A stretch of DNA of 63,287 bases, filler included, from Squatina squatina (lineage: Eukaryota): NCBI GenBank assembly GCA_031763465.1. It is 4 parts of 4 records of this genome, joined end to end, with 100 filler letters (N's around TTAATTAATTAA, not from the genome) between each part and the next. Parts side by side here need not be neighbours in the genome. Positions count along the whole stretch, not along the records: positions 1 to 17,218 come from JARFOE010000219.1; positions 17,319 to 33,130 come from JARFOE010000115.1; 2 more parts are not named here. One strand, given 5' to 3'. Position 1 is the stretch's first letter. Every line of letters starts with the position of its first letter. The position numbers and the translations under genes are program-made. Below, piece by piece: positions 12,316-24,152 of the stretch. The notes under the pieces are model-generated. The model was given only the letters and a program-made list of their open reading frames with translations, ran no database searches and had not been told where the DNA came from.

Positions 12316-13203
12316 CTTGGTAGTCTTGTTGCTGAAACTTTCCATTCGTATTGCTGAAATTTTGTAGCAAAATATTTCCTTCTTCCAAATTATGTTCCAC
12401 TTCTATTTCTTTTGGTGTGGTGTCGCTATGAATAGATGTATATGGTCTTAAGTAGTCCTCATCTGCAGGTTTATGTTCTGTTTCTAGTACAGGTAGTGGG
12501 AGGATCCTGTGATGGAGTTGAGGACTAGGTAATCCTGAGGTCAAAGGAGATGGAACAGGAGACACGTGATGATGCGTAGCAGGACATGGATTGTTAAAAA
12601 TATTACTAACAGCACTTAGTAAAGATAAAGAATCACTTTTGTTGGCTCCCAAGGAAACTCCATCACCCAAGGAATCGACATCAACAGATTGAAGTGGCTT
12701 TAGAAATATATTTTCTTTTATTTGCAGTATGTCTTCACTTGATAAATTTTTACTGTCACAAGCCAAGTTAGTTCCACTTGCATTTGCCTTGCTCTTTTCC
12801 ACTCTATGCCATTCACCTGTTTCATGAAATCGGTCAATCTCAACAACATTTATCAGGTTCTTGTTGACATAGCCACTGAAGGGCTGTGAATTTGCATTGT
12901 TTTGTATCTTTTCCTCAGCAGCCTCAAATATTTTCCTACTGTTGCCGGTCTTCCTTTCACACATCATACTATTGTCACATTCCCTGCCTGTCATGGGTAC
13001 TGTGACAGCATTACAGCTGGTCACAGTTTCACTCTGCATTCCAGTAACCACTGTGGAAATATTTTGTTCCACAATACAATGTTTCACTGATTCATCTGCA
13101 AAAGAGACACCATTTTTGCTTCCTTCAGGCTTTGAAATAGCCGGAACAACTTTTTGCACAACCACGCCTGCATTCTGTATTTTGGCAACCACTGTCACTA
13201 CCG
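12316..13203 (-). CDS. FMN1: Formin-1 large N-terminal coding exon (long isoforms), 5' part lost in the gap
   Basis: About 296 open codons containing IFNNPCPATHHHVSPVPSPLTSGLPSPQLHHRILPLP, matching recalled FMN1 [39 protein letters not shown]. Phase-1 donor CAAG/GTTGGT at 12316/12315. Confidence 0.85.
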
Positions 13204-13303
13204 NNNNNNNNNNNNNNNNNNNNNNNNNNNNNNNNNNNNNNNNNNNNNNNNNNNNNNNNNNNNNNNNNNNNNNNNNNNNNNNNNNNNNNNNNNNNNNNNN
13301 NNN

Positions 13304-13620
13304 GCAGCCAGTAAGTGATGAGCGCGAGCCGCTGTCAGTCAGTGAAATGCGGCTCTGGTCCTCGCGCTCTCCTCCCGGTCTGTGTCCCTGAGCGCGAGCC
13401 GCAGCCACCGCCGCAGCGCCAGCTCAGCGCGCGCCCGCATACACATACACACGCGCGCGCGCACGCAGCGGGTACAGCTGCTCACGGGCCACGTCGGGAG
13501 GCGGAGTCGCGCGCGAACTGCAAAAACCCTGATTCCACGCGAACCGAGAAGTGACTGCATGCCGCAGGCTGGCGTGTGCTCGATATCCGGAGCTAAGATA
13601 GAGGGCGACGAAAGAAATGT
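13304..13620. promoter_or_regulatory. CpG-island-like segment between FMN1 (-) and RYR exon 1 (+)
   Basis: GC- and CpG-rich in an AT-rich background; on the same gap-free contig as the RYR start codon; includes a 32-nt alternating purine-pyrimidine tract. Confidence 0.6.
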
Positions 13621-13639
13621 TATATGCGTTTGCATAAGA

Positions 13640-14022
13640 AAGAAGACGAAAGACTTGCATTTATATAGCGTCTTTCACGACGACTGGACGTCTCAAAGCG
13701 CTTGACAGTCAATGAAGTACTTTTGGACAGTAGTCAGGCCAATGTGGGAAACGCAGCAGTCAACTTGCGCACAGCAATCTTCCACAAACAGCAACATGAT
13801 AATGACTAGATAATCTGTTTTTGTTATGTTGATTGGATTAATATTGGCCAGGACACCAGGGATAACTCCCCTGCTGTTCAAAATAGTGCCATGGGATCTT
13901 TTACATCCACCTGAGAGAACAGACAGGGCCTCGGTTTAACATCTCATCTGAAAGATGGCATCTCTGACAGTGCAGTACTCCCTCAGCACTGCACTGGAGT
14001 GTCAGCCTGGATTATTGTGCTC
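13640..14022 (-). mobile_element. Deu-domain SINE (SacSINE1-like)
   Basis: Reverse strand carries cagtgctgagggagtactgcactgtcagagatgccatctttcagatgagatgttaaaccgaggcc...aaaagatcccatggcactatt and ends in the tail ...gctatataaatgcaagtcttt. Confidence 0.8.
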
Positions 14023-14673
14023 ATTTGCTAAGAAACTGAAAATCATTTTCTAACAAATGAAACACCTCAGCTTTTGGAGCAGTTAATTCTTACAAGTGCA
14101 GACTTAAACTGGGACACTGAGGATTCATGAGCAATTCAAGTGTAATATGAATGCAGCATTATTGCTCCAATATGCCCAAGTGACAAACAACAATGTTACC
14201 CATACACAACATGGATGTAATTGCGCCTAACTTTGTGTTGGATAAATCATTTGTACAGGAGAACGAGGCAATTGGAGTTGTCGTCTTTGTTTCCTGATAA
14301 CCATTCAGTATCACAAGCATAGTGTCTTGCACTGAGTAGATCATCAATAGCGACAAAGGGCTGCGTAAATTGAAGTGTTGCATTTCCTGCCCAGTTAATT
14401 AGGCGAGCGGATTATATTTGGATCATCGACAACTTCCCCCTTAATGAGAAAAAGTCAGCACGAAGACAAGTGTTTTGCTGGTCTAGTAATTTCCCATGGA
14501 AGGGCAGGTGCAGTGACAGTGAGGGCTGATCGACAGTCACTGGATTCGGCGTGCCCAGGCTCCCCTATATGGATGTATGGATTGGTCTATGCTAATACTG
14601 GGAGAAGAGCAGCTTGCTGACAGTAGAGGGACGAAGGGTCCAGCGTGTGAGCGGAGCCGGCTCTTCAACAACC

Positions 14674-14721
14674 ATGGCTGAAGGGGGCGAAGGGGAAGAT
14701 GAAATTCAGTTCCTCAGAACT
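14674..14721 (+). CDS. RYR3: Ryanodine receptor, first coding exon (MAEGGEGEDEIQFLRT)
   Basis: Kozak accATGg, 16 codons with the diagnostic RyR N-terminus, donor GTGAGT at 14722. The peptide alone does not separate RYR2 from RYR3; RYR3 is inferred from head-to-head adjacency to FMN1. Too short for the ORF track. Confidence 0.9.
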
Positions 14722-17218
14722 GTGAGTATTAACATACGAAATACCTCCACTCGATGAACTGCACCAAGCGTGACCTATTTAGGGCTTCAAGTCGGGATTT
14801 CTATGCGGTCACAAAACCTAGATTCCCGGGCTGTGTGCACAAACAGTAATGTAGTTAGCATGTGAACCGCCACACCGCGAAACGAGTACTGTTCGATTCT
14901 GGGCGTGTTTTAGGTTTTATTCCCTTCACGAACTTTCCCCTGTGTAATATATGCAATTTATGTGCAGCGTCTCTTGATGTTACATTGCAACCATGTTGAT
15001 GTTTTGACAAAAAGGACTCCAATTCCCATTTAGTTGTTATCATTCTATGTTGTGAATGTTAANNNNNNNNNNNNNNNNNNNNNNNNNNNNNNNNNNNNNN
15101 NNNNNNNNNNNNNNNNNNNNNNNNNNNNNNNNNNNNNNNNNNNNNNNNNNNNNNNNNNNNNNGAAAAATCTAATGAAATGGCTCTTTTAGAGAGAACAAA
15201 TTAGGTTGGTTAGAAAGCTTACTAAGCATGTGAATGAGTTCACAGAAAAGACTTCCAAGATTATCAGTCAATAAACAGGAGGAGCTATCAAACCTAATAT
15301 GCTGACAACTGGCAGATCGATAAAGTGGATCTTTCATTTTTAAATGGAAATTGTGTTGCTGATTCTGGAAACCATCCTTCGTGTAGCGATTTTCTACATA
15401 ACCTAATTAAAAGCTTATGCGGTTGAGTACATGTTCCAGGAAATAAACACATCAAAGCTGCATGATATACAGTATGAATTGTATTAACAAATACCAACCC
15501 TCTGGGAATTTGAAATGCATTGGTGTACATCCAATTAATTGTTTTATTGTTTAAAATGCTTTTGCTTAAGGTACTATTGAATCTTTGTCAGTGAAGGTAT
15601 TCTGCTCTTTAGAAATTAGGAAAAATAAAATCAACCTTTGCTGCACCATATCCAGGTTATCTCTTCAGGGTGCAGGCTTGCTGTCTGATCTCCAACAAGG
15701 CACTTTGACAAGCCATTAAGTAGTCAGGTGCAGCTTGGGTTGGATGCAGATGTAATGTTTGCTTGACACAGCCATCTTTGGTAACCCAGCTTCAGAAACT
15801 CGGTCTGTGGTGTGCCAGTATAATATTTCCAATAAGCACCTTTTGTAAGACCTTTCCAAGTGAAATTATGCAAATAGTGCTGACTTATGGCTTGTTATAT
15901 GTTGTGGAATTGTGCTCAATAAAAACTGGGTTGAAGCTCCTCACTGATGAAAGGATAATGTTTTAGCCCACTGGACTAATCAGTCTCACTTCGCCACTGG
16001 AGTATACTCAATTCTGCTCATTTGACCCACACTCCACTGGNNNNNNNNNNNNNNNNNNNNNNNNNNNNNNNNNNNNNNNNNNNNNNNNNNNNNNNNNNNN
16101 NNNNNNNNNNNNNNNNNNNNNNNNNNNNNNNNNNNNNNNNCCACTAGTGGTTTTGCTAGAGTGCCTTAGTTTTGTGTCGCCAGCTCTTTAATCTGCACGA
16201 CAGAGAATCTCCTGTGCTTCATCCAACCCTCCGTCTCTGCTTCCCAAATTGCCATAAGTTTTGCTATTTAACTGTAAATAATATAAAATTGAGGTCTTGT
16301 ATAAAAAGAATGACTGAATGTATAACTTTAAAAAGGAGACTGAATTAGATCTGTGTACTTTGGTCTTGACTCCTTATGTGCAACACCAGAGGAAATCTAC
16401 CAGTCTTGAGACAATTGCATAAGATTTGTTCTCCGCAATTCTCACTGAAGTATTAGAAGATCAAAAGTGGCATTAATATGTTCCCACAAGGATTTTTTTT
16501 TCAAGACTCCTCACTAAGTCTCAATAACATTTAATTTTAAGCTTAAACTCCTGCTTCCAGAAAGCTGATTAGATATGTGGTGTAAGGTGCACAAATTGGT
16601 TTGACTCATAATAAAAGTGAGATATTTTGATTATGTATAAAAGTTGAAGGGCCGAATACAAAATCAAAATTATATCCTTCACCGTTACTATTGCAACTTT
16701 TATGCTTAAGTAAGCTGATTTTTTTGAAGATTATACATACTTTGGTGTGAAAATAGTTGACTGAAATGGGTGAGCGGTTTGATACAACAGCCCATTTTTT
16801 ACACTGTCAACTTGATGTAAAGTGCAAAAATTACATGTTAGCATTAATCCATTTTATTTGCTTTCATCTTTCCTGCTTTCTAGAAGTTCATGATAAAGGT
16901 AAGTCAATCTGTCATTTTCAACTCATTGTCCATTTGAAAACAATACCAGTTTTCTGATGGGTCTGTCTACACTTAGTTTCAAAATCCTGTTGATCTACAA
17001 AATGGTAGAAGTACTCCTGCCTGCAAACCATTTAATGTCACACCAGCAATAGTAGGTTGTGATTATTGTACGTAAAAATACAAGTTCAAATCCTACCTCT
17101 CTCTGTTCAGAGAATGTACTATTGGTAGTTTGATAGGTATTATGACTTGTGCAGATTGTAATCAGAAAACTAAAAATAAAAGTTTCAGTTCAAACCTGCG
17201 ATAAATATAGATAGGTCT

Positions 17219-17318
17219 NNNNNNNNNNNNNNNNNNNNNNNNNNNNNNNNNNNNNNNNNNNNTTAATTAATTAANNNNNNNNNNNNNNNNNNNNNNNNNN
17301 NNNNNNNNNNNNNNNNNN
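17219..17318. other. Artificial scaffold spacer N44-TTAATTAATTAA-N44
   Basis: Palindromic 12-mer at 17263-17274 giving stops in all six frames, centred in a 100-base gap. Confidence 0.95.
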
Positions 17319-17324
17319 GCAGAG

Positions 17325-18100
17325 GCTTCACTTTACGAAAGAAGTGGTCACATAATTATGCCGCATACTGCAAGTGGACCTGCAGCCCATTTCCACCACA
17401 GGTACTGCTCTGCTACTGCTGTTAAGGTCACAACTGACCTTAATTTTTTTATGCCACAGGGTCACTTCAGACCATCAATGGGGACTTCTGTAGCATAAGC
17501 CAAACAACTGTCCACAGATGTATCAAGTAAGTCAAGGATGTATTGTTCTTTTCAACCAGAAATTTCATCAGCTTCCCCGTGGAGAACTGGTGGCAGCATT
17601 TTACTCAATGGCAGGATTTCCCAAAATCCAGGAGTCACAAATTGGATACACATGGCCATATATGCTCCCTTCTTCAATCGCCATACATTTGTCAACAGGA
17701 AAGGAGAAAAGAATGTGTTGCGTATTTGCAACCATCATGCAAACAATTGCTTACTTCTTGGGTGCTAATACGATGCCTTCATTTTAAGGCAGTCCGCCAT
17801 GTCATCACTCCCTACGACAGAAAGGCAAATGTCTGGATGGATCCTTGCAGAGTAAGACTATCCTTTACAGCCATGGCTGATAACACCTGTGTGCTTTCCC
17901 ATGACTGCTACTGAACAATGCTGGTGAGGTCCATTCACCCAATAGAGCCATCATAAAGCACTCTGTAGGCATGCTGAAGACACACCTCACATGCCTGGAT
18001 TGATCTGGGGATCCTATTGTAATCCATAGAAGGTCTCAAGGATTATTGCGGTCTGCTGAGTGACGTACAATTTCATTTTACAAAGAGGCCTCTACACAGA
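17325..18100 (+). mobile_element. PIF/Harbinger (HARBI1-like) transposase relic
   Basis: Broken motifs AVKVTTDLNF, FYSMAGFPKIQ, FVNRKG, YPLQPWLITPV, RAIIKHSVGMLK...CLD, KVSRIIAVC. Confidence 0.8.
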
Positions 18101-18309
18101 GACCCAAGAGGGCTATATGGAAGAAAATATGGACACCCTTCTAGTAAGCAGGAATCATGAGATCTGGATCCCCAGGCATATGCCAAGGGGTGATGCATCC
18201 TGACTATCTGGACATCAATGTTTTCTACAAATACCCCCCGCACCTAGAACACGCTCTGCATTTTGCCCTGTGCGTCCTGCTCTTCCTCATTCTTTAAAGC
18301 TCCCAGGTT

Positions 18310-18476
18310 TTTTTTTATTCGTTCCTGGGACGTGGGCGTCGCTGGCAAGGCCAGCATTTATTGCCCATCCTTAGTTGCCCTTGAGAAGGTGGTGATGAAC
18401 CGCCTTCTTGAACCGCTGCAGTCCTTGTGGTGAAGGTACTCCCACAGTGCTGTTAGGGAGGGAGTTCCAGGATTTT
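18310..18476 (-). mobile_element. HE1/HER1-like CR1 3' end
   Basis: Minus frame KSWNSLPNSTVGVPSPQGLQRFKKAVHHHLLKGN plus the same tail as at 4464. Confidence 0.75.
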
Positions 18477-19624
18477 NNNNNNNNNNNNNNNNNNNNNNNN
18501 NNNNNNNNNNNNNNNNNNNNNNNNNNNNNNNNNNNNNNNNNNNNNNNNNNNNNNNNNNNNNNNNNNNNNNNNNNNNTGCAGGTTACCAGTTTTACGTAGG
18601 TATACTCAGACATTTTTCCCCAGAGGAATTAGCTAGAAAAGTATGCGCAGTTCTGAACAGGAGTTTCCGTACTACTCTGTGATTGGCCTACGAGCCCTTT
18701 TACGAACCTAATAAGTTGCCCATGATATTTCCCATAGATAGTTTCATAGTTACTGACATCATGTAATCCAGGAAAAAATTCCTTTCTGCGCATTTGTGTA
18801 TCAAAGTAATGGTGAAGTATTAGCAAATTAGCTACCTCACTCCAAAATAATTATATATTAACACTTCAACATACTTCGCTAAAATTTTAATATATACTAA
18901 AATGTTGATGTTGCATTAATAGCCTGTAATAACATTGTGTATGCAATTAAAATACTATAAATAGAACGATGCCTGGTTTATACGCTTTTCACAGTGGAAA
19001 ATAATACTCTGAGCATTCGTGTTAACGCTATTTGAATAATTGCATTGCAATTGGTATTGCCACCCATTAGGCGTTACTACATTTTAAAGATGAAACCCAT
19101 TCACAATACCTTGCTTCTAACTGTGTTTAAGACTTTTGGAAGGACTGCACTTACTGCTCAAAGAACAAAATATACGATAATTTTGATCGTTAAGGTTTAA
19201 ATCAGCGGCTCACCTTTTCTGTTGTATGATTAAACAGTCTTCACTACAGGGGAGCTGCAGGTTTCGAGCATGGAGAATTCCACTCAGGGCTACAAGTTCA
19301 GAATTAAAAGTTGGTACCTGCTAATGTAGTACGCCATCATGTTTTCACATGCCTAACAGCTTTGCAGAAACTTAAAACAACTCTTTGCCTTGAATGGTGC
19401 TGCTCACTGACTATAACATTCCTTTCTTGAACCTACAACAGTCTTTGTATTCTAGCAAATGCCAAGGTTCCCTTCACAGNNNNNNNNNNNNNNNNNNNNN
19501 NNNNNNNNNNNNNNNNNNNNNNNNNNNNNNNNNNNNNNNNNNNNNNNNNNNNNNNNNNNNNNNNNNNNNNNNNNNNNNNTTTGTGTTAATATCATTCATT
19601 GAAAACAAGTGGAATTTCCAAAGA

Positions 19625-20000
19625 TCTTATCAACTTCTTCAATTTTCAGAAGTCTTTGACAGTGAAGGTAGAAATTTTAACAATATATGACATTCCAGAA
19701 AACATTGTGAGGGTGCTGAAAGGTTTCCATGCAGGTTGTGAGTGTGAAGTTAAAGAAGACATCTTAATGACAGAGTAGTTTGCAATAGAGACCAATGTTA
19801 AACAGGATGTATTAGTTCACCCTTGCTCTTTAAATGTAGCACTAGATTGGAATAATAGTTGAGGTATGTGAATTAATTTTTGAGATATAACTTAACAATC
19901 TTGATTTATGTTTGCACTGACTATGGACAAGAGGGATGGCAAGTCATTGAAGCTTGATTACAAGCTAATAGCATGAAATTTATCATTAATAAAGAAAAAA
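19625..20000 (+). mobile_element. RTE-clade LINE reverse-transcriptase relic
   Basis: Degenerate YDIPENIVRVLKGFHAGCECEVK...F.IETNVKQGC...SPLLF...LDW, the RT GV(K/R)QGC.LSP region. Confidence 0.55.
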
Positions 20001-20649
20001 TATGGAGACGGGAAGAAATAATTTTCAATACTTTACAGTATTAATCACCAATAAGACTTTTTTCAACTGGTTCAAATTAATGTTTCAGTCACCAAAAGCT
20101 ATCACTTGTGCTTTAACCAAAGGAATGAATAAAAGAAATCATTTTTGTATAGATGAGGAGCTAGTTACTGAAGGGAGAGCAGCAGCAGGCTATGGGAAAA
20201 TACACATTTAAGGATTACAGATGAAGGTGCAAACATACTGCTGTTACTTGGGAGCTAATGATCTACTGTGTTTTTCAGTGCATCAAAGCTGGGAACTGAT
20301 TTGCCCCAATTTACTTAGCTGGTGGGATGATTATCTGCACATTACTGAAATTATGACTGAATCATAATGAGAGGTCACAATCTTGGGACAGCAGGGATAT
20401 TTATATATTTAAAACACAATGGCGCCCAATCCATCCTTTTTTTCTGGCGTTAAACTGGCGCTAAATGGGTGTTAAGGGATTAACGCTGATTTTGGGCGCT
20501 AAATTTAGCGCTGTGAAATTCATCCCCCCTTAACACCAGCGCTAAATGGNNNNNNNNNNNNNNNNNNNNNNNNNNNNNNNNNNNNNNNNNNNNNNNNNNN
20601 NNNNNNNNNNNNNNNNNNNNNNNNNNNNNNNNNNNNNNNNNNNNNNNNN

Positions 20650-20935
20650 TCAATCCATGCCAGTATATTATCCCCAATCCCATGTGCTCTAATTTTGTTT
20701 ACTAACCTCTTGTGTGGGACCTTATCAAAAGCTTTCTGAAAATCCAAATACACCACATCCACTGGTTCCTCCTTATCTGTTCTACTAGTTACATCCTCAA
20801 AAAACTGCAATAGATTTGTCAAGCATGGTTTCCCTTTCATAGATCCATGTTGACTCTGCCCAATCCTATTATCATTTTCTAAGTGTCCTGTTATCACGCC
20901 TTTTTAGTAGATTCTAACATTTTCCATACTACTAG
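20650..20935 (-). mobile_element. CR1 LINE reverse-transcriptase fragment
   Basis: SQHGSMKGKPCLTNLLQFFEDVT...VDVVYLDFQKAFDKVPHKRLVNKIRAHGIG. Confidence 0.92.
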
Positions 20936-23926
20936 GAACTGGATTGAGACTGGCCAAACTAATTTGACATTGAGCTTTTACAACTGGCAGAAAAAAAAGA
21001 CTTTCACCTTATCAGTGTGGGCTGGAATTGAACAGAGGCCCCACTGATAAAAGGACAGTGTGCTGCCACAATGTGTTATTCAGTCCCTCTTTTTGTATTT
21101 TAAAATTAGATCCAAGTATATAAAATATAAATTTGCTGAGAGAGTTGAACTTCCATTCCTGTCAGAGTTACACATTTTATAAAGCAATCCACATCAGTGT
21201 TCAATTATGATACACAGTTGATGAAAATAGGCATCTTTAAAAAGTATTTCACAGTCTTCGTTTGATTACTTCAATTTACATTTTAAACCCTTTACAATAC
21301 CTCACATATTGTCTCTTATTTTGATCTTAACTTGGCCAGTGATCTAAATTACTTCAGTTTACAACACCGCTGTTTGGATTCTATTCCACAAACCCTGCAT
21401 GGCACATGATTGTGCCATCTTAAATTTCTTGCTAATTTTAATCTTTCAATTGTTTAGCTGAGCTTCAAAGATATACTTTATATTTTCAGTGTTATTATAA
21501 CCCTGCCCTGCCACATCTTCTGAGAGAAATAATTACATTATCAAACCATGGAACTGGATCTAGTTTAAATAGAAAGTGCACATGCCCTTGAGGAATGGCA
21601 GGCTATGGGAAAATAACTTTGTTGTACTCCATATATTTAACGTGGAATAAGGGAGTGTCCATTATTTTTCTATCCCCATCCTTAGATCAGTACAAATATT
21701 TAAACCATTTTATGATAAACTTATTTGATGTTCATACTCTCCTCCCCCCAGAATAACTTGCTTTACTTTGAAAAGTCCAGAAAGGCAGGGTTGTCCCTCA
21801 TTTGAAACTTTATTAATGTCCATTTTCCATCTGCTAATCATCTAGATTCTCCATAGTAATGAATGCTATTATGCTCATCTGTACAAGTCTTAATTTATTT
21901 TGCATCTAATTTTTTAATGAAATTGCATCCACGCTTTAGATTTTCTGTCCCCATGCCATATATTTTAAGTAATACAGGTTTTCTCAGGTCAGTACTGAGG
22001 AATCCCAGCTCTGCCAGTGTGAGAAAAGTTGCCTTTCAAGCTGTTACTGGCTTGAAGATCTTTGAAAATGGAAAGTAGCTGTTTAAGAAGGGCAGAAAGT
22101 ACTCCCGGAACTTTAAGCCAGTTCCCATTAATTTTCCAAGTACAGGGCTGGAGTCTTGGGCCTCATGACTTGGGTTTGAGCTTAGGTTGGGACTAAGGTT
22201 TCCAACCCTGATTGTACATAGTTCCGGAGGTTTCATCACATGATATCCCACCTTCAAATGCCTGCCCAGTCAAAGAGACCTTTCCCCATCTGCAATNNNN
22301 NNNNNNNNNNNNNNNNNNNNNNNNNNNNNNNNNNNNNNNNNNNNNNNNNNNNNNNNNNNNNNNNNNNNNNNNNNNNNNNNNNNNNNNNNNNNNNNNGCAA
22401 TCATTTATAACATTACTGCCAGTCTATTGAGAAATATTGACTATGATTACTGAGATGAATTCTTTAAAAAAAGAGGATTAACTGGCCATTCATCTCATTG
22501 CTGTATGTGCGATGTTGTTGGGGCAGAATCGCTGCTGTGTTTTCCCACATAACAACAGCCACTGCACTTCAAAAACTACTCAATACCCCAGAACTTAATT
22601 TGGTGTGGGAATTGGGTGAGCAGGGGCCAAGGCCAATAGCAGACCCCCACCCCGAGGCCTGGGGAAATGATAACTGGGCCTTATCTGGTCAGTTGTCTGC
22701 CCAAAACTCGTGAGAAGTAGTAGCCAGCTGATGGGTGTGAGTGTGAGCAGGAGCCCACCGGCAAAGACTGAAGGATCGGTCCCTAGTAATCAGGAAGTGG
22801 AGGTTTCAGAAAGTGTCTCATGCTCGGGAGTTTGGGACAGGAGGCGTAATTTTTCCAAGTGGATATTTTCACCACAAGAAAAATTTTAAAAAGCATAATA
22901 AATTGACCTCTTTGGATTTTTTCTGGTTCCAATTCTTTATCTTCTTGTTAGCTTCAACTAGCAGGAAAGCCACAAAGGATTCCCTGCTCAGACCACTGGC
23001 TAAAATAGCAGTCAGCCCCCAGTGACGTCATTGGAGGCCAAGGGGTCCTATCCATCTGCTCAGAAGAGCAGGTTAAAATTGAAGACTGCAGGAAGGGAGT
23101 GGTGCGTTGGCGGGCAAATCTCCCACCCAGTTTCCACCAGGTGGGCAGGGTTAAAATTGCCCCCCATTGTATAATACATTTCAACATGATAAGGTGCTTA
23201 ATAAAATATATTATTCTGTTAATGTTACTGGCATTTTATTTTCCTTGTCATTTTCAGTTTCTATAATTAAAAAGTGTTAGGCATTAGGCTTTTGAAGTAG
23301 TATGGCAGAGCCCCAAGCTACAAAAGAAAGGGAAAAAAAATTCAAAGATCTCTACTGAGAAATTAACCTTTATTTCCTGAGGGTATTTTCATTCACATCA
23401 GAATCCCACTTTCCTTTTAGTTTTCACTTCAGTCTCTACAAGTCCATTGTCCTTGTGTCATACCAGACAAGGAGATAAGGGATCATTGCAGATGATGGCT
23501 CCATAAGATAATGGTACACATTCTTTATCAATGCGAAAGGAAATTGTGGTGAGAATGATGACTGTTTTGGCAGTCTGTGGCTTGTTTTCCACACTATATG
23601 TCCTTTAGTGAAACATCCCTTGAATGCAGAGATGTCTGAAAAGCAGGAGTGGAGGAACACATTATTGCCAACATGGTGGTTATCAAAACACGTGTAAAGA
23701 TAATTCCTACTAGAAATACTTACAGTTTTTCTTTTTAAGAACATATTCATAGTTAAAAAAAATGACTGTCAATTAATAATTGTTAATTTTGCTTGCATTT
23801 GACTTCTCTTGAGCTCAACTTTAAACNNNNNNNNNNNNNNNNNNNNNNNNNNNNNNNNNNNNNNNNNNNNNNNNNNNNNNNNNNNNNNNNNNNNNNNNNN
23901 NNNNNNNNNNNNNNNNNNNNNNNNNN

Positions 23927-24152
23927 CCCCCTTGTCTATTCTGCTAGTTACATCCTCAAAAAACTCTTAACAAGTTTGTCAAGCATGATTTCCCTTTCAT
24001 AAGTGCATGTTGACTCTGCCCAATCTTCTTCTTATTTTCTAAGTGCCCTGTTACCACGTCCTTCATAATAGATTCTAGCATTTTCCCTACTGCTGACGTC
24101 AGGCTGACTGGTCTGCAGTTCCCCGTTTTCTCTCTTCCTCCTTTCTTAAATG
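23927..24152 (-). mobile_element. CR1 LINE reverse-transcriptase fragment
   Basis: FKKGGREKTGNCRPVSLTSAVGKMLESIMKDVVTGHLE...SQHALMKGKSCLTNLL. Confidence 0.9.

Noticed and set aside
13304-13408. N-terminus of ORF 12293..13408 (MAAARAQGHRPGG...) as the FMN1 start
   Set aside because: The frame is carried across a 100-N gap of unknown true length, and the peptide shows no FMN1 similarity.
17263-17274. TTAATTAATTAA as a biological palindrome, CRISPR repeat or piggyBac site
   Set aside because: It is always centred between two N44 runs, so it is an assembly linker.
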